Of a DNA stretch of 64,000 bases, positions 1 to 15,556 are shown piece by piece. The translations under genes and the position numbers were made by a program. Position 1 is the first letter of the stretch, and each line of letters starts with the position of its first letter. This DNA is from Lama guanicoe. Its lineage: Eukaryota. Under the pieces are notes generated by a model, which ran no database searches, was not told the origin of the DNA, and saw only the letters and a program-made list of their open reading frames with translations. The stretch covers positions 2,236,721 through 2,300,720 of the forward strand of contig MU054526.1 of assembly GCA_013239625.1 (NCBI GenBank), read 5' to 3'.

Positions 1-131
1 TGTCGATGGACGCTTGGGTTGCTTCCACCTTTTAGCTATTGTGATTAGGGCTGCTATGAACGTGGGTGTACAGATACCCCTTTGAGAGCCTGCTTTCAAT
101 TCCTGGGGGTGTATACTCAGAAGTGGAGTTG
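1..131 (-). mobile_element. L1 (L1M) fragment, antisense
   Basis: gggttgcttccaccttttagctattgtga...gctgctatgaac...cagaagtgga is the reverse complement of the mammalian L1 ORF2-end/3'UTR. Confidence 0.75.
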
Positions 132-159
132 ATGAAACAGAAACAAAATCAGTAATTTG

Positions 160-545
160 GAAAGATATCTGCATCTCCCTTGTTCACAGCAGCATTGTTC
201 ACAACAGCCAAGACATGGAAACAACCTAAGTGTCCATCTATGGGTGAATGGATAAAGAAGCTATGAGCTGTCTATACAGTGGAATACTACTCAGCCACAA
301 ACAAGAAAATCTCACCATTTGTGACAACATGGATGGACCCTGAGGGCATTATACTGAGTGAGATAAGTCAAATAGAGAAAGACAAATACTGTATCATCTC
401 ACTTATATTCAGAATCTGAAACAAAAACAAAAACAAAAACCTTGAACTCACAGGTTCAGAGAACAGATTGGTGGTTGCCAGAGGCAGAGTGTCAGAAGGC
501 TGAAATGGGTGAAGGTGGTCAGAAGGTTCCTACTTCCAGCTATAA
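160..545 (+). mobile_element. L1MA-type 3' fragment
   Basis: cagcagcattgttcacaacagccaagacatggaaacaacctaagtgtccatc...ggaatactactcagcc...gtggttgccagagg are L1 3'-end hallmarks. Confidence 0.85.
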
Positions 546-650
546 GTCTTGGGAGCTCAAACAAAACAAGACAAAACAAAACCCTTTTCTTTTATCCCAA
601 GAGCACAGAATTAAAGGAGGTTAAACTATTTGCCCCTCCCCTCCCCCCAG

Positions 651-3600
651 GGACATCCGGGCTGAAGATTTTGCTGAGCATGTCAGGAATAATGAGATGG
701 ACAGCGGTTACGGCTTTGCAGTGGAGTACCAGGTGGGGTGAGAACAGAACAGAGGGGGCTGCGCCCAGGCCCACGTGCCCACCCCAGACATTTCCACACC
801 TTTGGGATTGGACGGAAAGCAGTGACACATGCTTTGTTGGCTTACACAGAAATTCCTGGGCATGATTATCCATCTTTTCAACCCATTGAAATCTTACACT
901 AGTGATGGATCGATGGGTCAGTCCTAAAGAAACACCTTGGTTTTTCCCTGATGTCTCCTCTCTTGCCTACCTTCCCAGTCCCCATGGTCCCGTCAGTCCT
1001 CCCCAATGCCCCCCAGAGATGGTGCACACACTTGACCTATTTCTGTGGGTGCTACGGAATTCCAGGGCACAAGGGGTGAGTGGGGCAGGGTGCTTAGGAT
1101 GACATAGGCAGCAGTGAGGGTATACCTGGGGAAGGGCAGAGAAAATCCAGCATCTGTGCGTCCCTCCTCTACTTCCGCCCCCAGCAACTGGACCTGGAGG
1201 ACCACAGCCAGTCCCAGATAATGGCCTCAGCTCCAGAAAACAGCATCAAGAACCGTTACAGAAACGTGCTGCCCTGTGGGTCGTAAGCCTCTGCTGACTT
1301 TACTCTCAGCTGTGACTTTGTCAATACCCCATCCCTGGACCCTTTCCCTTCTCCCCTGAACTCCTACCCCGTGATGTGAGAGCCCCTGGCCGGCTCCTGC
1401 CAGCCGAGGCCCCTCTGCCTCTCCCTGAGCTCCCAGCGTCTGCACCTCGGCACGCCCTCCATCCCTGGGTCTCAGCCTCATCTCCTTGCTCCTCTGGGTG
1501 GCGCCATTCTCGCTAATGCTGGCCTCTTCTCCTAGATGACTGGTCCCGCGTGCCCCTGACACCCCTCCCTGGGGAGCCAGGCTCCGAGTACATCAACGCC
1601 AGCTTCATTCCTGTAAGGTTATGATTGGGAGCTGGGAGGATGCTGAGTTAGCCTCAGAAGTTAAGGGTCAGAAGTGGGATGTGACTTACCTGTTTTCCTC
1701 AACCAGGGTCTCTGGAACCCCCAGGAGTTCATAGCAGCCCAGGGCCCCCTGTCCCAGACTGTGGGTGACTTCTGGCGCCTGGTGTGGGAGCAGCAGAGCC
1801 ACACCCTGGTCATGCTGACCAACTGCGTGGAGTCTGGCCGGGTAAGAGGAGACCTTGGTCCTGGGTGCTGACCCTGAGTCCAACCGTGACCCCGCCCCAG
1901 ACACTGACACCAGTGTAGACCTTGATCCAGCCCTCACTGATTCCATCAACATGACTCCAACCTTTCCGTCTCCCCTAGTCTATCCGATGGTTCACATGCA
2001 GGGTGAAGCTGATCTCAATGACCTGGGGAAGGAGGGGTCTTCCTGGCCGGGATGAAGCTATGCCTGGCTGCCTGTGGGTGCTGCCTTGCCACCAGGGCAG
2101 AGGGCATCCCCTGGCACTGAGTACAAGAGCCATGCTACAGAGGGGCACGGGGGGGGGCGGTTCTGTGGGGCCTCCTATGCTCTGACTCCCCCCAGTCTTC
2201 CCCCAGGTGAAGTGTGAGCATTACTGGCCTCTAGATTCCCAACCCTGCACCCACGGGCAGCTACAGGTGACCCTGGTGGGTGAGGAGGTGATGGAGAACT
2301 GGACAGTACGAGACCTGAAGCTCTGGCATGTAAGCCCCCTGACACCCTGCCAGATACACCCTGCCCTCAGTTCCTCCCCCGTGACATTCCAGGCAGCCCC
2401 TTCCCCCAGAACTCCCCATGAAATCCCACCTCCCATCACTCCCACAAGGGACAGCAGTGGTGTGCCCCAGGGGTCCTGAGCCCCCTGACAACCCGCCCTC
2501 CCTCTAGATGGCAGAGCGGAGGGCTTTATCCGTCCGTCAGTTCCACTACGTGACCTGGCCAGACCACGGCGTCCCCCACTCCCCAGACCCCGTGCTGGCC
2601 TTCTGGAAGATGCTCCGGCAGTGGCTGGACCAGAGCACGGAGGGAGGGCCTCCCATTGTGCACTGCAGGTGAGGACCAGCCCAGAGCCCTCTCCCTGTGG
2701 GACCACCGCCCCCTCAGGACACAGAAACCAGGCTTACCTGGGTTCTTGGGAACTCCCAGAGGAGGTGGAAGAGAGGAGGAGGAGATGGAGGCAGAAGGTG
2801 AAGGGGCTGTGATGCAAGCTGAGAAGGAGGATGGGGTTGAAGAGATGGGAAAGATAGAAAGGTACAGGAGGAGGCATATGTAGGGAGGAGGTGAAGGGCA
2901 GGAGGGAGAAGCAGCCAAAGGTTTCAAGAAACATTGAAGACACCTCCTTGGGCTCACAGGCTGGGGCCTCCCCCGACAACTGCTTTCCTGATATTTGTGC
3001 TGAAGCCTCTTTAGGTGAGATTTCACAAATGTGAATGTGAGGGTTGAGGAAGGAGTTTGTTCCAGGGGGATGGACAGCCTCTGATAGGGGAGCTCTGGTT
3101 TCCATCATGGTCAGTGCTTATCTATCGGCCACAGTCTGGCTGACCCTCCGGACAACCTCATGACAAAAGGGAGAGCTGAGGAAACTGCATCAGAAAGCTG
3201 GTGCCTGGGTTCACGGTCAATAGTGAGTGGCCAAGCTGATGCCCAGGGTGGAGCTCTTAACCTCCCTGCTGTGCTGTGTTGTGACACCATCCCCATCCCC
3301 AGGTAGTATTAACTGGAAGTGTCCTCAGTAGAGTGTCCTCCCTTCCTCCAGGTGCAGAAGGGAGTTTTGCACAGTAGTTAAGGCCATTCGCTTGAACCAC
3401 CAGCCCACAAGACCATGTAGATGAACCTGGCTGAGTGAAAGCAGCCAGGCACGAAAGGTCCCATGTTGGATGGCTCTGCCTACATGAACTATTTGGAATA
3501 GGCAAATGCACAGAGCCCGAAAACTGGTGGTTTTCAGGGGCTGGGAGGGATGGGGGAATGGGGAGTCACTGCTTAATGGGATGGGGGTCTCCTTTTGAGG

Positions 3601-4449
3601 GTATAGAAGTGTTTTGGAACTAGACAGAGGTGGCAGTTACACAACACTGTGACTAAATGCCACTGAATTGTCCACTTTGAAATGGTTACTTTTACATTAA
3701 ATTTTTTTTTAAGTATCAGCTTGGGAGTTCATCTGCCCATGTGTGAACCCCAGCAATGCCCAAGTGGCCTGGGACAATCACCTTGCTCAGCCTCCATTGC
3801 CCCATCTGTAAAATGGGCATGCTAATAGTTCCTACTTCTTAGGTGTGGTAGGAGTGAAAAAAAAGCATGTAAGGCACTTGGAACAGGGCCTCACAGATAG
3901 ATAGAAGTCAGCACACGGTCATTTCTTATTACTTCCTGCTTAATTACATAGCCCCCACTTACACTGTATCCCCCCAAAATACTGTGTGGCTGAATACCCT
4001 GACCCCTAGGTGCTCCAAAGACAGATCCTTCCATCAGTCAAGACTCTCCCCTCCCATGGCCTGACCCCTTCTTGTCCCTGCCTAGCGCTGGTGTGGGCCG
4101 CACTGGCACCCTCATTGCCCTGGATGTCCTGCTGCGGCAGCTGGAGTGTGAGGGTGTTGTGGGGGCCTTCAGCTACATGAGGAAGATGAGAGAAAGCCGG
4201 CCACTGATGGTGCAGACTGAGGTGAGGGGGTTCCTCTGGCACAAGGTGGGTGGGGGTGGGACCCTGGAAGAAAGCAGGCTGAGGCCAGGAGGGCACCCCT
4301 CACCTCCACGGCCCCCCCACTAGGCCCAGTACGTGTTCCTGCACCAGTGCATCCTTCGCTTTCTGCAACAGTCATCCTCAGCACCGGCTGAGAAGGAGGC
4401 CACGTATGAGAACCTGATTTACGAGAACATAGCTGCTACAGAGGCCTAA
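651..4449 (+). CDS. PTPRH: Receptor-type tyrosine-protein phosphatase H (SAP-1), 3' part: PTP catalytic domain and C-terminal tail; 5' exons lie upstream of the window
   Basis: GT-AG exons at 651-732, 1185-1275, 1536-1612, 1707-1841, 2207-2329, 2508-2668, 4086-4221, 4324-4449 (TAA). They splice in frame to [48 protein letters not shown] and MVQTEAQYVF, then the tail YENLIYENI. Position upstream of SYT5 fits synteny. Confidence 0.95.
3495..3700 (+). mobile_element. L1MB-type 3' end fragment
   Basis: ataggcaaat...ggggagtcactgcttaatggg...ttggaactaga...ccactgaattgtccacttt. Confidence 0.75.
3740..3925 (+). mobile_element. MIR SINE
   Basis: MIR core ccccatctgtaaaatggg...atagttcctac...catgtaaggcacttggaacag. 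Confidence 0.75.
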
Positions 4450-4880
4450 GTTGCGGGAGGGCTGAGACTCCAGCCCACCTAGACTCAAACTCTGCATCCT
4501 TACTTCAGCCCAGATACCTGGACCCCTGGGACAGCAGAGGGCTGGGTCCAGGAATCCTGGGCCCTGCAAGAAGAAGGGGAGAAAGGTCAGGTGGGAGCCT
4601 GGATCCTAGATTTCCAATTCCTTGAAGAAGGGGAGGGATAGGAGGCTAGGAGTTCCTTGTTTTTTTTGAGGGAGGAGGAGGCTGCAGGGTCTCAAAGAAA
4701 CAAGTGAGATTCTGAGGAAGGAAGGAACGAGGATCCACAGTTCTGGCTACCCAAGAAGCAAGAGCAGGCAGGGTCCTGCCCATCTTTTACTCCAGAAACC
4801 AGATCTTGCTTCAAGGATCTGAGGTTTCCTTGCACCCCACTCACTGTCTGTACAGATTTTTTTCTTTAATCCCATAATTT

Positions 4881-4886
4881 ATTAAA
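4881..4886 (+). terminator. PTPRH polyadenylation signal (ATTAAA)
   Basis: ATTAAA about 430 nt after the stop codon, in an AT-rich patch. Confidence 0.65.
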
Positions 4887-5399
4887 TCACTATTCTCCCC
4901 AGAGACACTTGCTCCAGTGGATTTCTGGGTCTGGAAATAATATTGGGGTGGGTTCCTAATGTTTAGGTACTGAAGCTAATGTCCTAGGGAGGAAACTAGA
5001 AGGACTCACAATTTGCACCTGAGAAAGGTAGGTTTGGACAGTTGAGTCAGAGAAGGCTGGAGGTCCAGAGTCTGGGCAGGGTGGACTCGGTTCCCTGAAC
5101 CTAGGAGCATGGGGGCTTGCCTCCAGGGCCTGGCGTGAGGGGGAATTTTGAGGGTGGAGTGAAGTCTGGAGCTGATTTCCTGGAGAATTTGACGCTTAGT
5201 CTCCTGTCTAGATATCAGAATACCTGGATCTCCGTAGAGGGTCTTCTGGGTCCTAGAACCCGATATTCTGGCGCCAGGTTCCATGGGCAGTACTGAGGGG
5301 TGGGGTAGGGAGAGGGAGGCTGGATGCCAGGTGGCTGGACTAGAAGGCAGAGAATCTTCTGGACCAGGATAAATACCCGTGGGCGTCCTGGTGGTTCCA

Positions 5400-5650
5400 G
5401 GCTAGGGGCAGGATAAGGGGCGGGGCGGGTCTCTCCACCGAACACGCGCGCGCGCACACACACACATATACAGTCATACACACGCACACGCTCACACACA
5501 CCAGCCCAGCTCCGTTGGGCCGCGCCCCCGCCCCACGGCGCTCCGCGATCAGCACCCAGGACAGCACCACCCACCTGCGTGCAGAGGCGGGGTCAGGGCG
5601 GGACCAGCGCCTCTGTGTCTCTCCGGGGGTCCTGTCTAGCCGCGGAGCAG
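5400..5650 (+). promoter_or_regulatory. SYT5 CpG-rich promoter and probable non-coding exon 1 (donor GAGCAG|GTAGGA after 5650)
   Basis: GC boxes (ggggcggggc near 5417), (CG)n(CA)n tract, RE1 motif, and a splice donor upstream of the acceptor at 6742. Confidence 0.6.
5548..5568 (+). promoter_or_regulatory. RE1/NRSE (REST binding site)
   Basis: aTCAGCACCcaGGACAGCaCC matches the consensus nTCAGCACCnnGGACAGCnCC, at a neuronal/neuroendocrine gene. Confidence 0.85.
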
Positions 5651-6317
5651 GTAGGAGCAGCTGGAATCCCTCCCTCAGCCGCATCCTCATTCCCATACCT
5701 AGAGAGATGGTATGTGTGTGGGGTTGGGGGGAGACTGGGAGAGACCTGCTAGCAGAGGGAGTGGGAAGGCTGGAGCATGAAACAGGAGAATGGGATTCGG
5801 AGACAGGTGTGGAGACAAAGAACCAGAAGGAAGGGAGTAGGCAGGGGGAGAGCGTGATCCCGGGAGACAGGGACCAGACAACAGGCAGAGACTAGACAAC
5901 CCAGACGGAGGAGCCGCGAGAAGCCGACGGAGAGACGGATAGAAATTGGAAAGACCTCCATTTAGAGTCGAGAGAGAAGTGGCGGCCGAGGCAGTCACGA
6001 GGACAGGTGTGAAGACAGAGCTCGAGGTGCACGGTAGAGACTAACAGGCTGAGAAGGATGTAGGGGCCCAGCCGAGACAGCAGGGCAGCGCCCCCACCCA
6101 TTCCCCGCAAGAGTGGGAGAGGGAGGGTAGCCTGAGTCTTGGCTCCCGAGGCTAAATGTGGAGGGAGGAGCCAGCTGTGGACGAATTCACTGAGGGGCAA
6201 GGCCGTCTCCTCCCCACCCTCGCTCGTCCCGGGTATTGGGTCTGGGGTCCCAGGCGGGTCAGGGAACGGAACGAGCTTGCCCCGCCCAGACCCGGCTTCT
6301 GTGCGTAAGCCCCGCCC

Positions 6318-6401
6318 GTTGTCCTGGCAACAGGCCGTTGCCGAGGCAACCAGCGTTGCCTTCACCCCGCCCTAGCGGAGCCAGCAGTTGCTCTGGGCAA
6401 C
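6318..6401. promoter_or_regulatory. Cluster of three RFX X-box-like palindromes
   Basis: GTTGTCCTGGCAAC 6318-6331, GTTGCCGAGGCAAC 6337-6350, GTTGCTCTGGGCAAC 6387-6401. Confidence 0.7.
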
Positions 6402-6766
6402 CTGGTGCACTGGTTCCCACGCCTGCCTTCGCCCACTTCCGGTTCAAGCCCTGGGGAAGGGCCGAGAAGGGGCAGAAATTAGCGGAATTGGATTCCTGGG
6501 GGGCCTTGGAGGGAGGGGGCGTCGCTTTGGGATGGAACTAGCTCCCGGAATTCACTCCCAGCCCCCGCCCTCTGTCGCAGAAAGAAACTACAGCCCCCAG
6601 CATGCCTCGCGGCGTCTGGCCGTGTTCTGTACAACCAGCTGCCCAGGGTGCCGATGGGAGTTGGAGTTCTTTGTTGTTCAGAGGGCTCAATGGGTGCATG
6701 GGGTGGGTGTCGGGGTGATAGGGCGCTTGGGTGCCTCCGCAGAAAGAACCATAAGACCCCGCCGCC

Positions 6767-11633
<4,867 letters not shown>

Positions 11634-11968
11634 TCCCCACCCTCAAGCTCTGACCCCAGACTCCTGGCCCAAGCCACGCCCATGCCCACCTTTAAGCCTT
11701 CTCTGAACGCTAACACCCCCACCCATTCCTGCCTTCTCCCCCTCCATTACTCCAATCATGATAACTTGCCAACTCCCCAACCACGCAGAAGCCCCAGGGG
11801 CCCCTGGGGGAGGGGGGCAGTCTTCCCTCCCCGACTCCAGGGCCCCACCCTCTGCTTTGACAATCAGTGACCCCAGCCTACTATCCCCTTGACTCCCAAT
11901 GCCCTTTTCCCTGCATAGGATCACCCACTCCTGGCCCCAGTCTGATCCCTGCACCAATCCTGGGACCA

Positions 11969-11974
11969 AATAAA
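11969..11974 (+). terminator. SYT5 polyadenylation signal (AATAAA)
   Basis: First AATAAA, about 335 nt after the stop, followed by GT-rich sequence. Confidence 0.65.
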
Positions 11975-13344
11975 TACTTAGCAACTTTGCTGGCCTGGCC
12001 CGGTGCTCCGTGTTGGGGGTGGGCAGGGGCATGGGCGGGGAACCCAAGAGTGAACCTCCAGGGGTGAGGCCACACAAGGGCAGGGATAGGGCTGCCCATC
12101 CTGGAAACACACAGGGAACCCCATCCCCACCCCCTTCATCCATCCATCCTCTCACCTACTCACTGTCCCATTCACTCCTTCATTTATTCATTCAGTCACT
12201 CCTCCAACCTTCCGTTTCCTCATCTGAAAGAATCATGGTACTAGGAATACCTCCTGTATGTTTGCTGTGAGGAGTCAATGAGAACTCACTTACCTATTCA
12301 TGACTTTATCTGCTCCCTCACCCATGATTCACATAGATTTTCCTACCCATATTTTCCCCTCCCTTCCTTCCTTTCTTCCTTGCGTCATCCATCCATTCTG
12401 TATTCCCTGAGGTCTTCTGTGTACCAGCTTCTTTTGGATGCTGGGAACCCTAATAGATGCAAATTCAGACTTTACTTCCAAGCAACTTGCTCTCATCAAA
12501 GAAACAAAGTAGCTGTGCAAGATCTGGGAATGAAATCTCCAGAGAATGAGAGAAAGATTTACACAAGGAGAGACAGTGGTTGCAACTACGCCTCGTTCTG
12601 CTTTCAACAAATTCTGTCAGTCTGTGTCTAGGAAAGATTGTTGTTTCACTGGTTTTTCCTCCATCTCATTCCAGACAGGTGGCAGACATAGGTCCATGAA
12701 ATTTGGCAAGTGAGCTCTCAGAGCAGCAGGTTAAGTTTAAAATCAGCCAAAAAGTACTCCCACGTGCTAAGGAAAGGCGCAGAGTACAAACTTATCCCCC
12801 TAGGCTTCCTAGTAGCCAATGGGAAAGGGGAAATTAGATCAGTTACCTAGGTTGTGAGGCCCATGAGATTAAAAAATTTTTTTTTCTCCAAAGGAATGCA
12901 GTAATTTCTCATGTATGAGTGAGGGGACATCTTTATAAAGACAGTACTGTGTAATATTACTATTACTGCTACTGCTTCTGATAATAATCCTCCAACAACC
13001 TCATGAAGTAGACACAATCATTATTCCCAGTTGACACATGAGAAAGCTGTGCTTCAGGGAATTAACATGACCCGCTCAGGATCCTACAGGCAGGAAGTCC
13101 TTGTCTAAATCCGGGGCTGAATCTGTTCTGAGTTAGATGATGGCATTGGCATCCCTGGTTCCATGGCTTAACAAGGTAAATGAGAAGTCTACAACCATTA
13201 CAAACAGTGACCAGTTTGGGGAGGAAATTAGTGTGGGCCAAGATGATGTACAAAGGGTGGTCAGGGACAGCTTCCCTGAAGAGGTAGCACTTAGGCTGTG
13301 ATCTGAATGACAAGAAGGCATGAGGATTGTAAAGATGAGGGGGA

Positions 13345-13910
13345 AATACAATGGCATAAAAAGAAATGACGTACTGATTCATGCTATAGCATTATGGCCC
13401 TTGAAAACACTTTTTTCCCTATTTTTATGTTAATTTTATTTTTAAAAGATCTGTTTATTCTTTTTTCTTAATCTTTTTTTTTTTTGAGGGAGTAATTAGG
13501 TTTACTTATTTATTTATTTGTTTTTAATGGAGGTACTGGGGATTGAACCCAGGACCTTGTGCATGCTAGGCGCATACTCTGTCACTGAGCTATGCCCTCC
13601 CCCACAAAAAACCCGCAGGATTTTAAGTGAAAGAAACCAGACAAAAAAGACCACATATTATATGAATTCATCTATATGAAATGTCTAGAATAGGCAAATC
13701 TATAGAGGGACAAAAGTTAACTAGTGTATTGAGGGACTAGGGAGAGGGAGAAATGGGGAGTGACTGATTAACAGGTATAAGGTCTCTTTATGCAGTGATA
13801 ACACATTTCTGGAACTAGAGAGTAGTGATAGTTGCACAAGGCTGTGAATGTACCTAATGTCATTAATGGTAAACTTCATGTTGTATGTATTTTATCACAA
13901 TTTTTAAAAC
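13345..13910 (+). mobile_element. L1MB-type 3' fragment interrupted by a SINE
   Basis: aaaagaaatgacgtactgattcatgcta...[SINE]...taagtgaaagaaaccagacaaaaaagaccacatatta...ctagaataggcaaatctatagag. Confidence 0.75.
13474..13603 (-). mobile_element. tRNA-Ala-derived camelid-type SINE (Vic-1-like)
   Basis: Reverse complement reads ggggagggcatagctcagtgacagagtatgcgcctagcatgcacaaggtcctgggttcaatccccagtacctccattaaaaa...aaacctaattac followed by polyA. Confidence 0.8.
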
Positions 13911-15119
13911 CCACAAAGATGAAGGGGAAGAAAATTCCAGACAGGAGGAACCTCAAGTTCCTTGCAAAGGCCCTGGGGCAGGAACAGGCTTGATACATTC
14001 TCAAAAGAGCCAGAAGGCAGTGTAGCTGGAGGGAGGGTGGTACCGGATTGGGGTAGGGGGTTGGGGGGTAGGGCCCAATGTAAGAGACACAGCCAAGAGC
14101 CAGATCCCATGGGACCTGGGAGGTGGAATTACGGGGCTGGGATTGATCTGTCTGCAGGGGGAAACCTCAGGAGGGTGTTAGAGGGGTGTGGCATGGTTTG
14201 GAGTACTTGTAAGATTACTCTGGCCCCTCCATGGAGAAGGCATTGCGGAGAGTGGTGGTGATGGAGGTGAAAAGCATTAAGCTTCGCTGGAGAAAGTCAG
14301 GATCTGGGGCTCTAATGGGCTGAGGCTGACTCAGGAGGAGCCACGGGTTGGCTGACTCACTCCTGGAGGGACTGCTGAAATCTTAGCCTTCATTTCCTTT
14401 CCAGTGCCCAGAACTGTCCTCAGCAGGCAGATGGAACTGCTTTCAATCTGCCACACTCCTGCCAGCTGCATGAGCCCAGTCCCATTTCACAGAGCAGGAA
14501 ACAGGCACAGATGGTGTGACTGACTTGTCTAAGTTCATGCAGCTGGATGAGGAGAGGAGGCAGAGGACCAAGGCTCTGTGGATGCTGTGCCCTGGGCTGG
14601 GCACTACGGTTGATCTGGAGATGTATCTTACTTGAGTCCCTGTCCTTGTGGCATCACAGACAGGTTAAGTCATCTGGCCGTGGCCTCTCAGCCAGCAAGT
14701 GACAGAACAAGGTGTAAGCCCAGCCATGTCTGTCTGGCACCCAAAGCCACATTCTCTAGCTCCTTGGCCCGGAATATAAAGTAGTGGGAGTCACAGGGTA
14801 GACAGCAGTGGCCTTCTGCTGGGAAGGCAAGAGCAGAACTCTGAGGAAGATCCTCAGCTGGTAAAGTATAATAAAATAGGAAGTGATGAGTTTTGAGTAT
14901 GATTACCTTTATTTTAATGCAATTATTTAATTGGAATTTTTAGTAATTAATTTAGTAAAAAGTTTAATTTTTAGTCATGATTGTGTGTAACAATAGGTCA
15001 CAAAATTCCTAAAAATTTAACAACCAGCTAGCACTTGGCTGTATTCCCCACCTGGTGAGAAGCCCTGTCTGGTAGAGCCAGGATGTGAGGGGTCAGTTCT
15101 GTTCTGCCTGAATTGGACT

Positions 15120-15441
15120 GCCCCAGGCTCCGCCCTAGTCTCTTCTGGATCCGCCCCTTCTGTCCCAGCGCCGTCGTCATGACAGCCGCGTCCACACGCC
15201 CTCCTCTTTCACAAACCTGGTACGTTCCTCAGTCTTCCCATTGGCCAAAAGTTCGTAGCTTGCAGGTCTCTCTCGCTCTCATTGGTCAGTTGATAGCGGC
15301 GTTGCCAACCTGCACACTCCCATTGGCCTATTGATCGGAAAGGGCGGGGACTACGGGCAGCCGTTATATAGGGGCGTGGGGCCCCAGCGCAGCTCCGAGC
15401 AAGGAGGGAGGGGGCGTCTCGGGTTATTTGGAAGGATAAAG
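15120..15441 (+). promoter_or_regulatory. DNAAF3 promoter and non-coding first exon (donor ATAAAG|GTGAGG after 15441)
   Basis: GC boxes (ccgccc), X-box-like GTCGTCATGACAGC 15173-15186, three ATTGG (reverse CCAAT) boxes 15240-15326, TTATATA at 15364. Confidence 0.6.
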
Positions 15442-15556
15442 GTGAGGGGGTGTCACACGGAAGAAAGGGGCGAGAAGTCAGCGGAGGTGAGAGGGGAATG
15501 GGTGGGCGATGCAGACGTGATGTTTGGGGATTCCAGGATGTCTGTCCTGCAGGGCG

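Noticed and set aside
1-545. Twin-primed (5'-inverted) single L1 insertion
   Set aside because: Both pieces cover the same part of the L1 consensus, so they look like two independent fragments; the window edge also hides any TSD.
15361-15372. CArG box in the DNAAF3 promoter (ccgttatatagg)
   Set aside because: It does not fit CC(A/T)6GG; treated as TATA-like only.
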